A stretch of 64,000 nt of DNA from Octopus sinensis. Its lineage: Eukaryota. The notes beneath the pieces were generated by a model. That model ran no database searches and was not told where the DNA came from. It was given only the letters and a program-made list of their open reading frames with translations. The position numbers were made by a program, and so were the translations under genes. Below, in pieces: positions 13,367 to 25,485 of the stretch. The stretch covers positions 63,178,001 through 63,242,000 of the forward strand of contig NC_043004.1 in assembly GCF_006345805.1 (NCBI RefSeq), in the 5' to 3' direction. Position 1 is the first letter of the stretch. Each line of letters starts with the position of its first letter.

Positions 13367-14407
13367 ACCTTTCTTTATTTGTTACCTTATATATATTTTT
13401 TCTTATCGCTATAATGTTAAAGCTCAGCTATGTTATAGTAGGTCTCTACCCGCTTTCAATGCTTCCCTACGCTATGATTTAAGTTTTTGCCACCATATCT
13501 TTCATTCCTTTATCGTTTATTAATTTTCTCTCTTACTATTGCGGTAATTAGTAAGAGTTGGAGGGAATTTCTTCCTTGTTTGGTCTATTTTTATAAATTT
13601 TATAATTTCCTTCCTCTACTCCCTCTATTTCGCTTCACAATAACTTGTAAACTGGGGCCATCTTAAATGACCTTGATAACATAGTAGACTGGAGCTCACC
13701 ACCAAACATTTCATTTCAATTTAGCGGTAGATAATGGACATTACCTTTATAGATCTCACAGACAAACGTAGTCATGGCTTCCTTTATTGTAGGAAGTGGG
13801 GATAATTGGGTCTCTGGATGTGGCTTATTCCTTCCCCTCGTAATAATACATTACTAACCTCAAACACAAAAAAAAAATTGGTAGATTCATTTTGTCAGCT
13901 GAAATAGCAGCAGAATGTTGGCTGAGGGATCTTTTTAAATTTTCAACTATGTTGAGTTATTTGGAATATGCTTCCTTCTAAAGTATACATTTGATAGAAA
14001 ACAGTTTCTTTCGAACTGATTTCATGAATTCTTTAGTCAATTTAAGTAGTTGTTTGAAACGGCCATAATGGATTGACACCTATCCTTCATTTTTTTATAT
14101 ATTCATATGTTATTGACTTCTGAGAACGTACACTTCGCTTATTCGGAAGTTTATTATGGACTGTATATTTAATAAAGTTTGCATGTGTGAATATACTCTA
14201 CTGAATCTAATTTTCTGCAAGGACTACATGAATTTCATTCTGCCGGTGGGTATAAGCCAAGGATGTTATTTGCAAGCAATTGCTGTGTGTGCATATTATT
14301 CCAAATTAACGAGGTGTACCAACTTAATAGATCTCTCTCTCTCTCTCTCTCTCACTCCCTCTCTTTCTCTCTCTCTCTCTCTCTCTCTGAAAGATTTAGA
14401 AATGATA

Positions 14408-14453
<46 letters not shown>

Positions 14454-14486
14454 ATATATACACACACATATATACGTATGTAAAAT

Positions 14487-14542
<56 letters not shown>

Positions 14543-14586
14543 TAGATATAGATATAGATATAGATATAGATATATATATAAATCTC

Positions 14587-14751
14587 TAGTTAAATATATT
14601 CAATAATGCATATCAATATAGGATTTCATTGATGTAATAACGAAATCCTATATTGATATGCATTATTGAATATATTTAACTAAAGATCTATATATGTATT
14701 TAAATCTTTAGTTAAATGTATTCAGTAATGCTTATCAATATAGGATTTCAT
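14587..14751. repeat. Perfect 41-bp inverted repeat plus a third, direct, diverged copy
   Basis: 14587-14627 is the exact reverse complement of 14642-14682 (14-nt loop). 14704-14751 repeats the first arm with a few substitutions. Confidence 0.95.
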
Positions 14752-14984
14752 GTAGGGACAACTCTTCTGCGAAACGATCGTAAAATGCCTTAAATAATTA
14801 ATTCAAAATTTTAAACTGTCATATACATTATATATTTATACTTATACATACTTACATATATTTTTATACATATTTATATTTATATATTTATATATCTTTA
14901 ATGCAACCAGCATTTTTCACGCGTGTATATCTTTCTGAAAAGTTTTGATATTGATTTCCTAATATTAATAATAATATATTATTA

Positions 14985-15029
<45 letters not shown>

Positions 15030-15264
15030 CTTATGTATACACACACACCCATACAGACGCATGCACACACATACGTATACAAACCCGGGCACACACTCAC
15101 GCACAGACATATATGCAGTCATTATTTTACCACTTTCTCTTTCGAACTCTCACTATTCCTTCCGTACATTAATTCTTTATTCTTTATAGTCTTCCCCTTT
15201 TAAACTGCTTCGTCGATAAACATAACAGCGAAGGACTGATAAAATTATATTTCATAATTCTTAC

Positions 15265-15369
15265 CTTAATTATATTCTTGGCACTCTCTCGAGATTCTTG
15301 GGTTAACCACTTCCTTTCTGATAAAACCTTTTCCATAGATTTCTCGAGATATTTCGCTATATACTTTGC
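15265..15369 (-). CDS. M13 peptidase exon: AKYIAKYLEKSMEKVLSERKWLTQESRESAKNIIK
   Basis: Acceptor aatatattcag, donor gtaaga, 105 nt, phase 0 to 0. Matches the M13 'AF..L...WMD..T+..A..K' segment. Confidence 0.85.
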
Positions 15370-15392
15370 CTGAATATATTAAAGTTACAAAA

Positions 15393-15488
<96 letters not shown>

Positions 15489-15631
15489 TCGAAATAAGCA
15501 ACAAGGATATCCAAGGTAGAGTGGTACAATTGTTTCATACTACATCATTGTATTACATCAGTTTTAAAATGTCGAGCAATCTTCAACCACATATATATCT
15601 AAATCTAAATTTTGCTGAACTTATATATACT

Positions 15632-15847
15632 CTTTTACTCTTTTACTTGTTTCAGTCATTTGAATGCGGCCATGCTGGAGCACCGCCTTTAGTCGAGCAA
15701 ATCGACCCCGGGACTTATTCTTTGTAAGCCCAGTACTTATTCTATCGGTCTCTTTATGCCGAACCGCTAAGTTACGGGGAGGTAAACACACCAGAATCGG
15801 TTGTCAAGCAATGCTAATGGGACAAACACAGGCACACAAACACACAT

Positions 15848-15884
<37 letters not shown>

Positions 15885-16041
15885 CACGATGCTTCTTTCA
15901 GTTTCCGTCTACCAAATCCACTGACAAGGCATTGGTCGGCCCGGGGCTATAGCAGAAGACACTTGCCCAAGATGCCACGCAGTGGGACTGAACCCGGAAC
16001 CATTTGGTTGGTTAGCAAGCTACTTACCACACAGCCACTCC
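15632..16041 (-). mobile_element. tRNA-derived SINE, family B (GGAGTGGCTGTGTGGTAAG head, internal microsatellite)
   Basis: A box TGGCTGTGTGG, B box GGTTCAGTCCC, body ending GACTGAAACAAGTAAAAG. Near-full second copy at 45148. Confidence 0.88.
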
Positions 16042-16889
16042 ATATATATATATATTTCGTTTCGGGATTTAGTTTGCAAGATTCTTTATTTGAGTTCTTG
16101 TGATGAAGCATATTCTATTGTGTCTAGGGAGAATCATTCTCTTTTAGCCCTTTGTAAGTTAACACACACACCGGAAAAATTTCCACTCATTTCCTACTTT
16201 ACTTTTCCAGAATTTTCGTTGCGTCTTGCAACCTTTTCAATAGATTTGACTCTGTTCGTTATTCACACCGCATTTATTTTGTTTATATGTGCGCATGTGA
16301 GTGGGTCAGTGTGTGTTTGCATACACATGCATGTACCTATGTATGCATTCATGTGTATATGCATGTATGTGGGTGCATATGCTAAAATGTATGTATGTTT
16401 ATACATTTGTATGTATTCTGCTTATTCGTGTAATTGCGTGTTTGTATTTGTGTACTTTTATATATGTGTGTGTGTGTGTGTGTGTTTGCAACTATGTACT
16501 GTGTTTGTATGTAGGGACGTGTATCTCCATATGTGTGGACGTGTATCGCCATATGTATCGTTGTGTGAAGTAAAGTGTTTGTGTATATATGGTCATGTGT
16601 TTCGGTCTTCATCTGTGTATGTCTGCGTCTCTGTTCATATAACCTATGTACCTATCCATCTGTATGTTTATCCATATGCTTACATATATGTGCATATACA
16701 TGTACATATGTGCATACACCTACAGACACATATACATCTACCTAAATAACAGCCCACTAACTATTCTAATCTACCTGTATAAACTGTGGGTATGGGGGTA
16801 TGATGTCTACTATGTATATTTTTATTTAGTATTGGAGAAGTTTCATTTACGAGGACGTGCTCCTGTATTTATCTGAGTGTTGGGTCCTT

Positions 16890-18322
16890 TGGGTGCTTGG
16901 ATAAGATGCGGATGTCAAGTTGACCCAGGTTACATCCATGTTGGTTCTTGGCATATTGGTAGAGTATGGAGGACTGTTTGTTGTCTTTCTATTGTCTGGA
17001 ATGTTCATTTAGTCGTTCTGCAATTCTCCTAGATGTCTCCCCTATGTATGTCATGTTATGTTCATGCCTTTACAAGCACTTCCAATACACCTTATGCTGT
17101 GAAGTACATTTCTAGAACTACAGTTAATGCCAGGGCTAATCCTACATACCATGCACTATTTATGGGTGCATGCGGTATTCTCAAATGGGCAGTCCTACAT
17201 ACCAGTGATTTGACGGAGTTCCCTGGCATTTCAGCAATCTTTATATTGAGTTTGGTCTCTTTCAGAGCTTTGCTAAATCTACGGGCTAGTTCTCCATGGG
17301 CTGTGGCCTCTACAAACATCACTCCGTGATATTTGTCGGTGTTATACCACCTGTTATCCCTTTTGGCTTTGTCACACGTTCTTTGTATTCTATTCCACTC
17401 TTTGTTTCTACAGCTAGGGCAGGTACCACTGGTATCGTTATATATATTATTATCTAATTTCTTTCTAGAACCCCCGTATATTCGAACCTTATCTTTCAGA
17501 TAATATCCAGAGAATTACATGTGGTGTATGAAGTTCTGTATTTGTTTTTGTTTGTTTGGGGGCGGGGTTCGTCTCATAGGGTTTGCATAGTGGGGGCACG
17601 TTGTTTATTATCGAAAGTCTGCTATCAGTATGTTAATTGTCACGTTGTGTGACGAAGGTGAGTTCTTGTGAACAACATATTTCGTGGCTATGGGCTTCAT
17701 GTAGTAGGAGTGGAGGAGCTGCACTCTATTTTTCATAGTCTCTAACCAAAGTTCAGTATGAAGGACGAGGAGTCTATTTTAGGGGTGCCTAGTAGGGTAA
17801 TCAATAGTTACCTTGATACCTTAATGAATGGAGTTAGCTACTTGTTGGATATTCCCCATTTTACGTTCCTCTCAGTTTCTAAATTACCATTACTAGAGTC
17901 GGTATTAACTATGATATTAATGTCATCTTCATATCTACTGTAGAGTAGAAGCGTTGGGGATTGTTCTGTTAAGGAGTGCTTAGGTTTCTGTCCCACCAGG
18001 TCATGAAGAGGCCGGCTACATCTCCAGCCAATCCGACACCGATGGGTGCACTTTGAAATTGTATGTATAGTGCTTTGTTAAACTTTACTATGTTGTTCTT
18101 CAAGGTGGTACTTCAGGATTAGCCCTGGCATTAACTGTAGAACTAGAAATGTACTTCACAGCATATGATGCAGGGATGGTGCTTGTAAAAACATGAACAT
18201 AGCATGACATACATCGTGCAGACATCTAAGAGCATTGCGGAGCGGCTAAATGAAGATTTCAGACAATATAACGACAAAAAACAGTCCTCCATACTCTACC
18301 ATCATCCAAGGACCAACATGGA
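16890..18322 (-). mobile_element. Penelope-like element relic (RT plus GIY-YIG) with an inverted duplicate of the GIY-YIG region
   Basis: Minus strand gives RYEDDINI, YMKPIATKYVVHKNS, FVEATAHGELARR and IGETSRRIAERLNEH. 18116-18322 is an inverted copy of 16934-17142. Confidence 0.78.
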
Positions 18323-18827
18323 AGAAATTTCATAAATATATTATATTGATATTTATAATATTTATGTAAGTAATAATGAACTAATGAATTTATTTATTTT
18401 TCATTACATGCCTATACATTTATTGATAGAATAAATTTTAGATTTTAATTAAAACATTTGTTGATTATAATTTAGATACGTATTTTAAAATATTTTATAA
18501 TTATTAGATGTGAACTTAAATCTAAAAATATGAATAGTGATTATTTTGTTAAATAATTTGGTAATTAAATCTTGGACTACAACTGTGTTAAGGATATTCG
18601 AGAGTTTATTATGTTTTTTAAAGCCATATTATATCTTCATAGATAAATACATATTTCTATCTATTTTTTACCTTAAAAATAAATATTTAACATAATAAAT
18701 GGGTTGTATGAATTAATCCTAATTTAGATAATGGAGTTGTTTTTATAAGAAAAATTATTATTTTATTTATTTCTTAAAAAATATTGTTTTGCTCTATTTG
18801 CTTATTTATTTAACTATTATCGTTAAC

Positions 18828-18930
18828 CTGAAGATTGACTTTAATTTTTGTTCGAATTTATTTTACTTGATTTTAAACTTAATTGCAATTCGAATTTAAT
18901 TATAGCCATGAAACGTACGTTGTGGTTTAA
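18828..18930 (+). ncRNA. Degenerate type I hammerhead motif in AT-rich Penelope 3' region
   Basis: CTGAAGA(18828-34), long imperfect stem II, GAAAC(18910-14), palindrome AACGTACGTT, GTT triplet, GTGGTTTAA. Stem I and the stem II closing pair are damaged. Confidence 0.4.
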
Positions 18931-20044
18931 CTTATATCATATTATCATTCTTTTTATACTTTTGGAAAAAAAAATTATATATATATATATATATTATATA
19001 TTATATTAATTATGTTTATATTATCTGTTATTTATGTATCGGTTTACGTCTATCACTATTTCAGTTGCATAATAGTGGTTATATCTCTAATTCATATTTT
19101 ATATATTTATACTGTGAAATTTGATTTAATGCTAATATATATATATATCGCTTTTTAGCAAGAATATTATTGAAAGTAACTTTCAAATTTCTGACTGCTG
19201 ACCCATTAATGGGCTATGGTACAATTAATTTCATCTTGGGTTTATGTAGTTTCTTTCAAGTTAACATTTTCCTGGGTAGCCTGGGTTCTGTTGAGTGATA
19301 AATAAATTGTGGTAGCAAGTTGTATCAGAGAATTTTTATTGACTATATTTAACTAAGTGTTACTTTTATAGAATATTACTTCATGTAGAACTGTTCCTGT
19401 GTATCATCTTCTAGATAGGATTTCGCAAATTTAAGTGATAATCTACATCTCAATATAAAAAGGGGAAAACGCATTGCACCATTGTGACAACTGACTATAC
19501 CTTCCCACATTCATTCTATTTAAACCTTTAAAAATCATTCACGTAAAAGCTAACGTACCCAATAGATATTCAACATTCATGCAAAGATAAAGATCATATT
19601 AATAAATGATAAAATCCAATAATAATCAAATCGAGTTACAGTTCTCGTAACCAACAACCTATCAACGTTCTTTTGTATAGCCATAAGTCTTATAGGAGAC
19701 ATACATACTTCAAAAAGGGCTACATGAGTGATACCTATAGCGCTTATACAAATTTAAGCAAAAACATTTCCGTAACATTTGTCACCACAACCTACCATGG
19801 AACCTAACCATCAATCAACAGAACTCCGATTACTCTGAAAAGGATTTACTTTGAGGAAATATATAAAGCCAAGATGAAATTAAATGTCACTGTCCGATGA
19901 TTGCTTCGCGGCCGAAAGTTAGAAATCAATAAATATTCTTATTACACAATAAAACGATTTTACTCAACCAATTGTATTGCGTAAACCATCAAATTAATGT
20001 GAACAAATTTTTAAAACATAACACAATCATTAATATATGAAATA

Positions 20045-20200
20045 TAAGTCGGTAAGCTGGCATAATTGTTAGCGCGCCGAGCAAAATGTTTGACGTTATT
20101 TCGTCTATCTCTACGTTCTGAGTTGAAACACCTCCAAGTTCGACTTTGCAGCCCATCTTTTCAGGGTCGATGCAAAGAGTACTTGCTGAGTACTGGTGTT
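20045..20200 (+). mobile_element. SINE family A, diverged
   Basis: AAGCTGGCATAATTGTTAGCGCGCCG...TTTCGTCT...GTTCTGAGTTG...TCGACTTTGC. Confidence 0.7.
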
Positions 20201-21384
20201 GAAATTGTTGGGCTTGCCTCAAGTTATAGACCGTTATAGATAAATAGATATGTAGATAGGTATCACACGTTTCAAGAATATGAAGTAAATCTTTTGAGAA
20301 AAGCAGCTTCAAAATAAAATTGCTTTAAAAATGCTTTTTTTCTCAATAAAGGCAACCTAAAGATGAACATTTTCAATGAAAGCCTTCTAAAATAATATTT
20401 ACTTCCTGAAATAAATATGAAGTTTGAAGATATTTCAATAACATTCTAATTTTTCTATAGTTGTTCATATTTAATGTGTATATATTTTGCATGAAGAATA
20501 AGCTTACAATAAACAGATAAGCAATATAAATGTTGCATTTTAATATTATAGCTTCATAAAAACAATGACTGTCAAAGTAATATTTATTTATTTTTTATTT
20601 GTAATTTAAACTAATGTTTAATTTTGTTCTATTTCTAATTTAAAAAATAATTTAAATGCTATTCTTTCTCTAAGCTAACCTGATTATATTTATTTTTTTT
20701 AAATATTTCAAATTTAAATTGCTATTTAATTTATCATTTCTTCTATTTCTAATTTAAACTAATGTTTAAATTTCTATGCATAATATTTCTAGCATTTGGA
20801 AAGATGAGAGTTAATTTTATTTTCAGAAAATGGTCATAAACAATTATATTTGATTTTCGATAAATTTGACCCGTAATTCATAGGTATATGATAGGTTAAA
20901 ATGCAATCACATTAATATTTTGAAATAATTTTTAAGAATACGTAAAATTGATGATATAAAATATTTCAATAGTTTAAAGCCGAATTTAGATATTAGATAC
21001 TATTTATGTAGCGCTTCTGCCGTTCGGTATTGAGCATGTATCTGTCATGGGAGAGACATTTTTCCAGGAAGACAGATTTGCCCATGCATTCGAATCTCTG
21101 ATAGCTATCACAGCATGTGCAAGTCTGCTTACTTCGGTCAACACAAATTGATACCAATTCCGGTGTAGGTATTCATGTCAGCGTATAACGATCCGGAACA
21201 GATATTGCAATGTGCTTTTCTAATATGTCGAGCACTCCGTCGCCCCTAATTGCTTTAACAAAAGACAAAGTTTGCAGAGAATCAGAATTAATAAGGCAAG
21301 TCCGTCTATCCAAACCTCCAATAATTCTACAAATTCCCAACTAGATGTCGCTTACCGTGTTTCGTATATGAGGAATATAATTAC

Positions 21385-21516
21385 CTGTTCTTGCACCTGT
21401 TTATCGAAGTACTTTTTACTATACAACCATCCAAGCACGTCACTTGACAGGTATGCTATATCTAAACAAGTCTTCTTTTGTGCCGGAATCGATGACAAGT
21501 TACTGTTTGATTGAAT
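21385..21516 (-). CDS. M13 peptidase exon: IQSNSNLSSIPAQKKTCLDIAYLSSDVLGWLYSKKYFDKQVQEQ
   Basis: Acceptor atttattttttag, donor gtaatt, 132 nt, phase 0 to 0. Conserved Cys and 'G.LY..KYF' motif of M13. Confidence 0.9.
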
Positions 21517-21759
21517 CTAAAAAATAAATGATATAACAAAAATGACGTAATACAAACAAACACTCACGTGCATTTCCAATTCCTATAATACAAGAATTTT
21601 TCTACCTCAAAATAGACACTCATATTCGATTTTAACAGCAAATTGCGTAAACTGAAAATAACTTGAAAATATGGAGTAATGATACTGTTTTATATTTTGG
21701 AGATGAAGAATTCTGTACATAACTTACATTATTTACATTGGACGGCCGAGGAAAACCGA

Positions 21760-22260
21760 ATTTCGTCACCCACTTGTGAAAGCAATAATTAACATATAGA
21801 GACGAGATCTGGAAAAATTTGAAGAGGCAGTTCTAAACAAAGGTCTCAACATTGCGACAACCATCAAGCGCATTCCATACTGAGCAACTGAACAAATGTG
21901 TGAAGATTTAGCCCCTCCTTTTCTATAGGCTATTCTCGCACTATTCAGGTGCACATTTAAGATGGCGTTCCAATCGCCACCTAGAAGTAAAAAGTGAGAC
22001 GTCCTAAGGAAAGCCTTGATATGTCTGAAGTAATGTGATTGCCACGCCCTACTTAGAGCGTACACAGAAACTAATAAAGTAGCTCAATTTTCATGAGCTG
22101 TTGGGATTCCTCTGCGATCCCGTTTAAAACATACCAGTGGTTTTACATTAGAGGTTCGTAGGTCTTCAGGGAAGCTATCCCTAATTATTTTATATGTTTC
22201 AATACTCATTTGCAGAAACACCAATGTTCCTGGCACTTGAAAGTTGCTGGTACCAAAGAT
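21760..22260 (-). mobile_element. L1/Tx1-clade APE endonuclease fragment
   Basis: SVYALSR..FLRTSHFLLLGGDWNAILN (VYAP and GDxN motifs). Confidence 0.7.
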
Positions 22261-22266
22261 TACTCC

Positions 22267-22307
<41 letters not shown>

Positions 22308-23474
22308 CCATCTCTCTCTCCTCTCTCTCTCTTCCCTCTCTCTCTCTCTCTCTAGACGTCCTTTCTCCGGGCTATGAGGTCCATCAATTGTGTGCTCGCG
22401 CCCTCCAGCCTTTCGGGTTCGATAAAATTAATTCGAGTTGAAGACTGGTATCGATGTAGTCGACTTAATCCCTCCCCTGAAATTGCTGGACTTGTGCCAA
22501 AATACGTAACAAATATAAGCAGATTTGAATAAAGTTAGGGATTTTATGAATCGTGTCGAGGAGCAAATACACATTGGTAGAAGATTAATTCTCGCAACGG
22601 GTCCCTTTCACTTCCAGGAGGATTATTACACCAATAATAAACATGCTCGTGTTCAATGTCACCTCTTCTTTACTATTATTCACTTAGAAATCAACTTAAG
22701 GAATTTGTCGACTGTTTCATTAACAGAATGGTGTAACAATCTTTTAGATTTGTGGGTTCAAAATCTAATCATTTCATAAATAATAATATGAATTTTAAAT
22801 TTTGCGAGTTTATTTGCTAATTGTTTTCTCATATATAAGCAACGTTAGATACTTAACTGCCGCACATTGTGAGGGGGATTTTCTATGTAAGTCTAATAAA
22901 TACATCTCAAATGTAGTCAACCTCATAAATTAAGAGAATTCTCACATGAAATTGTTTACGTTCGAGAGTTGAAAGTGAGTGATACTGGAACAATTATAAG
23001 TGAAAGTGATGTTGTGCTAAATTCGTTCTCATTATTTGGATTGCATTTTACTTTCCCTAAAACCTAGAACCGTTGAGATGCCTAGAACTCATTGAACAGT
23101 GATATTTCGATTTTCCTCAAGATCCAGTTTCGAATATGTAGATAGCAGGAGTCCGGATTGAGTTCTGAATTGTTTGGACATGCACCGATTATCTTCGATG
23201 CCGACTCCTACAATAACTCTTGTTCTACACTTAATATATATCTTTCATATTCCTTCACACACACATACACACGTGTATTCACTCATATACTGGGGTGCGC
23301 AAACGTCTATGCAACTTATTTCTTTTATCAGTGTTATCATAGAAAGCAGCTTGCTCAATTTGTCATGCAGTCAACTAGTACCCGGAACCGTATGATTGTG
23401 AAGCAAACTTCTTATCCACCCACTCTTATTGGTATCTGATAAAGGGAAGATAAATGAAAACTAAATGAACTTAC

Positions 23475-23589
23475 ATAATTGCGTGCAACTCCCAGGTTAG
23501 AAATTGAATCCGCTAAGTACATTCCAATAGTTGGTATCATTCCATAGAATTCTTGTAATATTTGAAGAAAAGCGATGTTTATAAAATCC
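23475..23589 (-). CDS. M13 peptidase exon: (K)DFINIAFLQILQEFYGMIPTIGMYLADSISNLGVARNY
   Basis: Acceptor ttttattaag, donor gtaagt, 115 nt, phase 2 to 0, bridging the neighbouring phases exactly. Confidence 0.78.
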
Positions 23590-23699
23590 CTTAATAAAAT
23601 CGAAAACGAAAATTAAGATAAGAAAAAACAATTTTACATACATCTTTGTAGCGACTAAAGCTTAATTACGTTAATGAAAACGGAGACCATAAGTTTTAA

Positions 23700-24240
23700 A
23701 GTGCTAACCATTGACGTCAATTTTCTCAATACATATTGCGTCTACGCACCCTATTTTATGACTCTGTTTAAACAGAGTGTTGGTGACAACCAGATCATTC
23801 TCAGTACAAAACGTCAAAAGAGCAACTCCATTTATATTACATCTTCTAATCACATATCGATCAAAAACAGGCCATGAAACATAGCCCTTTCCAACTCTTA
23901 GCATTGAAATCTCCCAATATGCCCAGCATGTCAGAAATTGGTACTTTTCCCAATAACTGTGCGAGATCATCATAAAACTGCTTTAAATTTTTATCAACAT
24001 GGAACCTGGCTGGTTGTAATGTCAGTTTCTTGTTGACGTCTTTTCTTGTCTTTCCATTTTCCCTCTCTCTCTCTGTCACTGCTTTGTGTTCCCTCTTTTA
24101 CGGTACGTCGCCAATCCCCACGGTTGCTGGTAACTACTTCCCAGTTGCTAATATTGATGTTGCAGGCCTTCATGTCCCTTTTGCAAAAAGCCTTGTATCG
24201 TAATAATAATGTCTGTGTAGACATATAATTCTCTGTCGTT
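23700..24240 (-). mobile_element. Rearranged RTE LINE fragments (3'-end piece followed by APE piece)
   Basis: RYKAFCKRDMKACNINISNWE..RGDWRRTVKEG (3' end) precedes KQFYDDL..LGDFNAK..LLTFCTENDLVVTNTLFKQ (APE). Confidence 0.75.
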
Positions 24241-24285
24241 ATTTCAATGAATTGTATACATACACACACAAACATGCATGCATAC

Positions 24286-24345
<60 letters not shown>

Positions 24346-24657
24346 TATTAAATTTCTAAATATCTCAGAGAGATATAAGCAGTGGTGGAACGATAGAGCA
24401 GTTGTATACTGTCAACTTAACGTGACAGTCCCATAAAGAGAATCACAACACCGCTATTTAGCCCTAGGAAGCATCAACGCTTTCTGTCGGCTTTGACACA
24501 TTTCCTGTGTCATGTTTACAAAGGGGAGACAAGCACCCTCAACAGATATTTAGAAATTTAATATTTCTACTTTTGGTGATCAGTGAATATACTTCACTGA
24601 AAATATATATATTTTCAAAGCCTAGACAGGTATCTTCAGCTAGCAGGCCATTGCTAC

Positions 24658-24699
24658 TCCAGACTTATGACGAGCAAGACTCAGAAACATGTCTCTGGA
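24658..24699 (+). ncRNA. Minimal type I hammerhead relic (G5U)
   Basis: TCCAGA/TCTGGA 6-bp stem I, CTTATGA core (one change from CTGATGA), GAG/CTC stem II, GAAAC-AT-GTC with palindromic ACATGT stem III. Confidence 0.5.
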
Positions 24700-24721
24700 T
24701 GCAGGCTTAGCTATATATGTA

Positions 24722-24778
<57 letters not shown>

Positions 24779-24781
<3 letters not shown>

Positions 24782-25035
24782 AAAAATGGTAAGACAACAA
24801 AAGAAAGAAAGAGACCTCGATATTATCTAAATACAGGAATTTATCTGTAAATGTAATATGTGACAATTATTCGATATCCATGATAAAACCCCGAGGTTCG
24901 GATGCCGATTTTCATAGCATATTTCTGATGGCCGAATAACTGAAGATATGGTGGTGTGGATTTCCACCTTGGCATCCGAAACTCGGAGTTTTATCATGGT
25001 TAACGAATAATTGTCACATATTACATTTACAGATA
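24779..25035. mobile_element. Fold-back element (65-bp arms, 4 mismatches) between two (TA)n tracts
   Basis: 24842-24906 and 24971-25035 are inverted repeats. (TA)n at 24712-24778 and 25033-25073. Confidence 0.7.
24936..24994 (+). ncRNA. Type I hammerhead motif, intact core, imperfect stem II
   Basis: ATAA/TTAT stem I, CTGAAGA(24940-46), GAAA(24978-81), ACT-CGG-AGT stem III, GTT triplet (24988-90). Confidence 0.55.
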
Positions 25036-25043
25036 TATATCTA

Positions 25044-25077
<34 letters not shown>

Positions 25078-25238
25078 CAGGCTTCATTCTTTTCCCATCT
25101 ACCAAATTCACTCACAAGGATTTGGTCGGGTTGAGGCTACAGTAGCAGCCACCAGCCCAAAGTGCCACGCAGTGCGACTGAACCCGGAACCATGTGGTTG
25201 GGAAGGGAGCTTTTCACCACATAGCCACTCCTGCGCCT
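25078..25238 (-). mobile_element. SINE family B, 5' portion
   Basis: Reverse complement starts AGGCGCAGGAGTGGCTATGTGGTG and contains GGTTCAGTCGC. Confidence 0.8.
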
Positions 25239-25315
25239 ATTTTTTTATTTCAATGACAAAATATACTGTAATTTATAAAACGTATATAAACAAAATCTAT
25301 AGTAATATTACTTAC

Positions 25316-25485
25316 TTGGTATCTGTTTCAAGAACAAGATGGTCGAATCTTTTGAACACGGACATGTCATCAATTATAAACAAGAAACTGCTTGCTGGTT
25401 TGGAAGAAGTATTCACTATATATTTGAAGAGGCTCACCAGTTCAAGCTGTAATACCACCACAGTTAAAGAGACATAATTGCTTAA
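25316..25485 (-). CDS. M13 peptidase exon: LSNYVSLTVVVLQLELVSLFKYIVNTSSKPASSFLFIIDDMSVFKRFDHLVLETDT
   Basis: Acceptor gttctcttgaag, donor gtaagt, 170 nt, phase 0 to 2. Matches the 'VIV...EYFKKL..LL..T.KR' region. Confidence 0.8.

Noticed and set aside
18340-19150. Possible mitochondrial insertion (very AT-rich)
   Set aside because: No recognisable mitochondrial gene, rRNA or tRNA motif. It follows a Penelope GIY-YIG fragment and contains a hammerhead relic, so a Penelope 3' region is the simpler reading.
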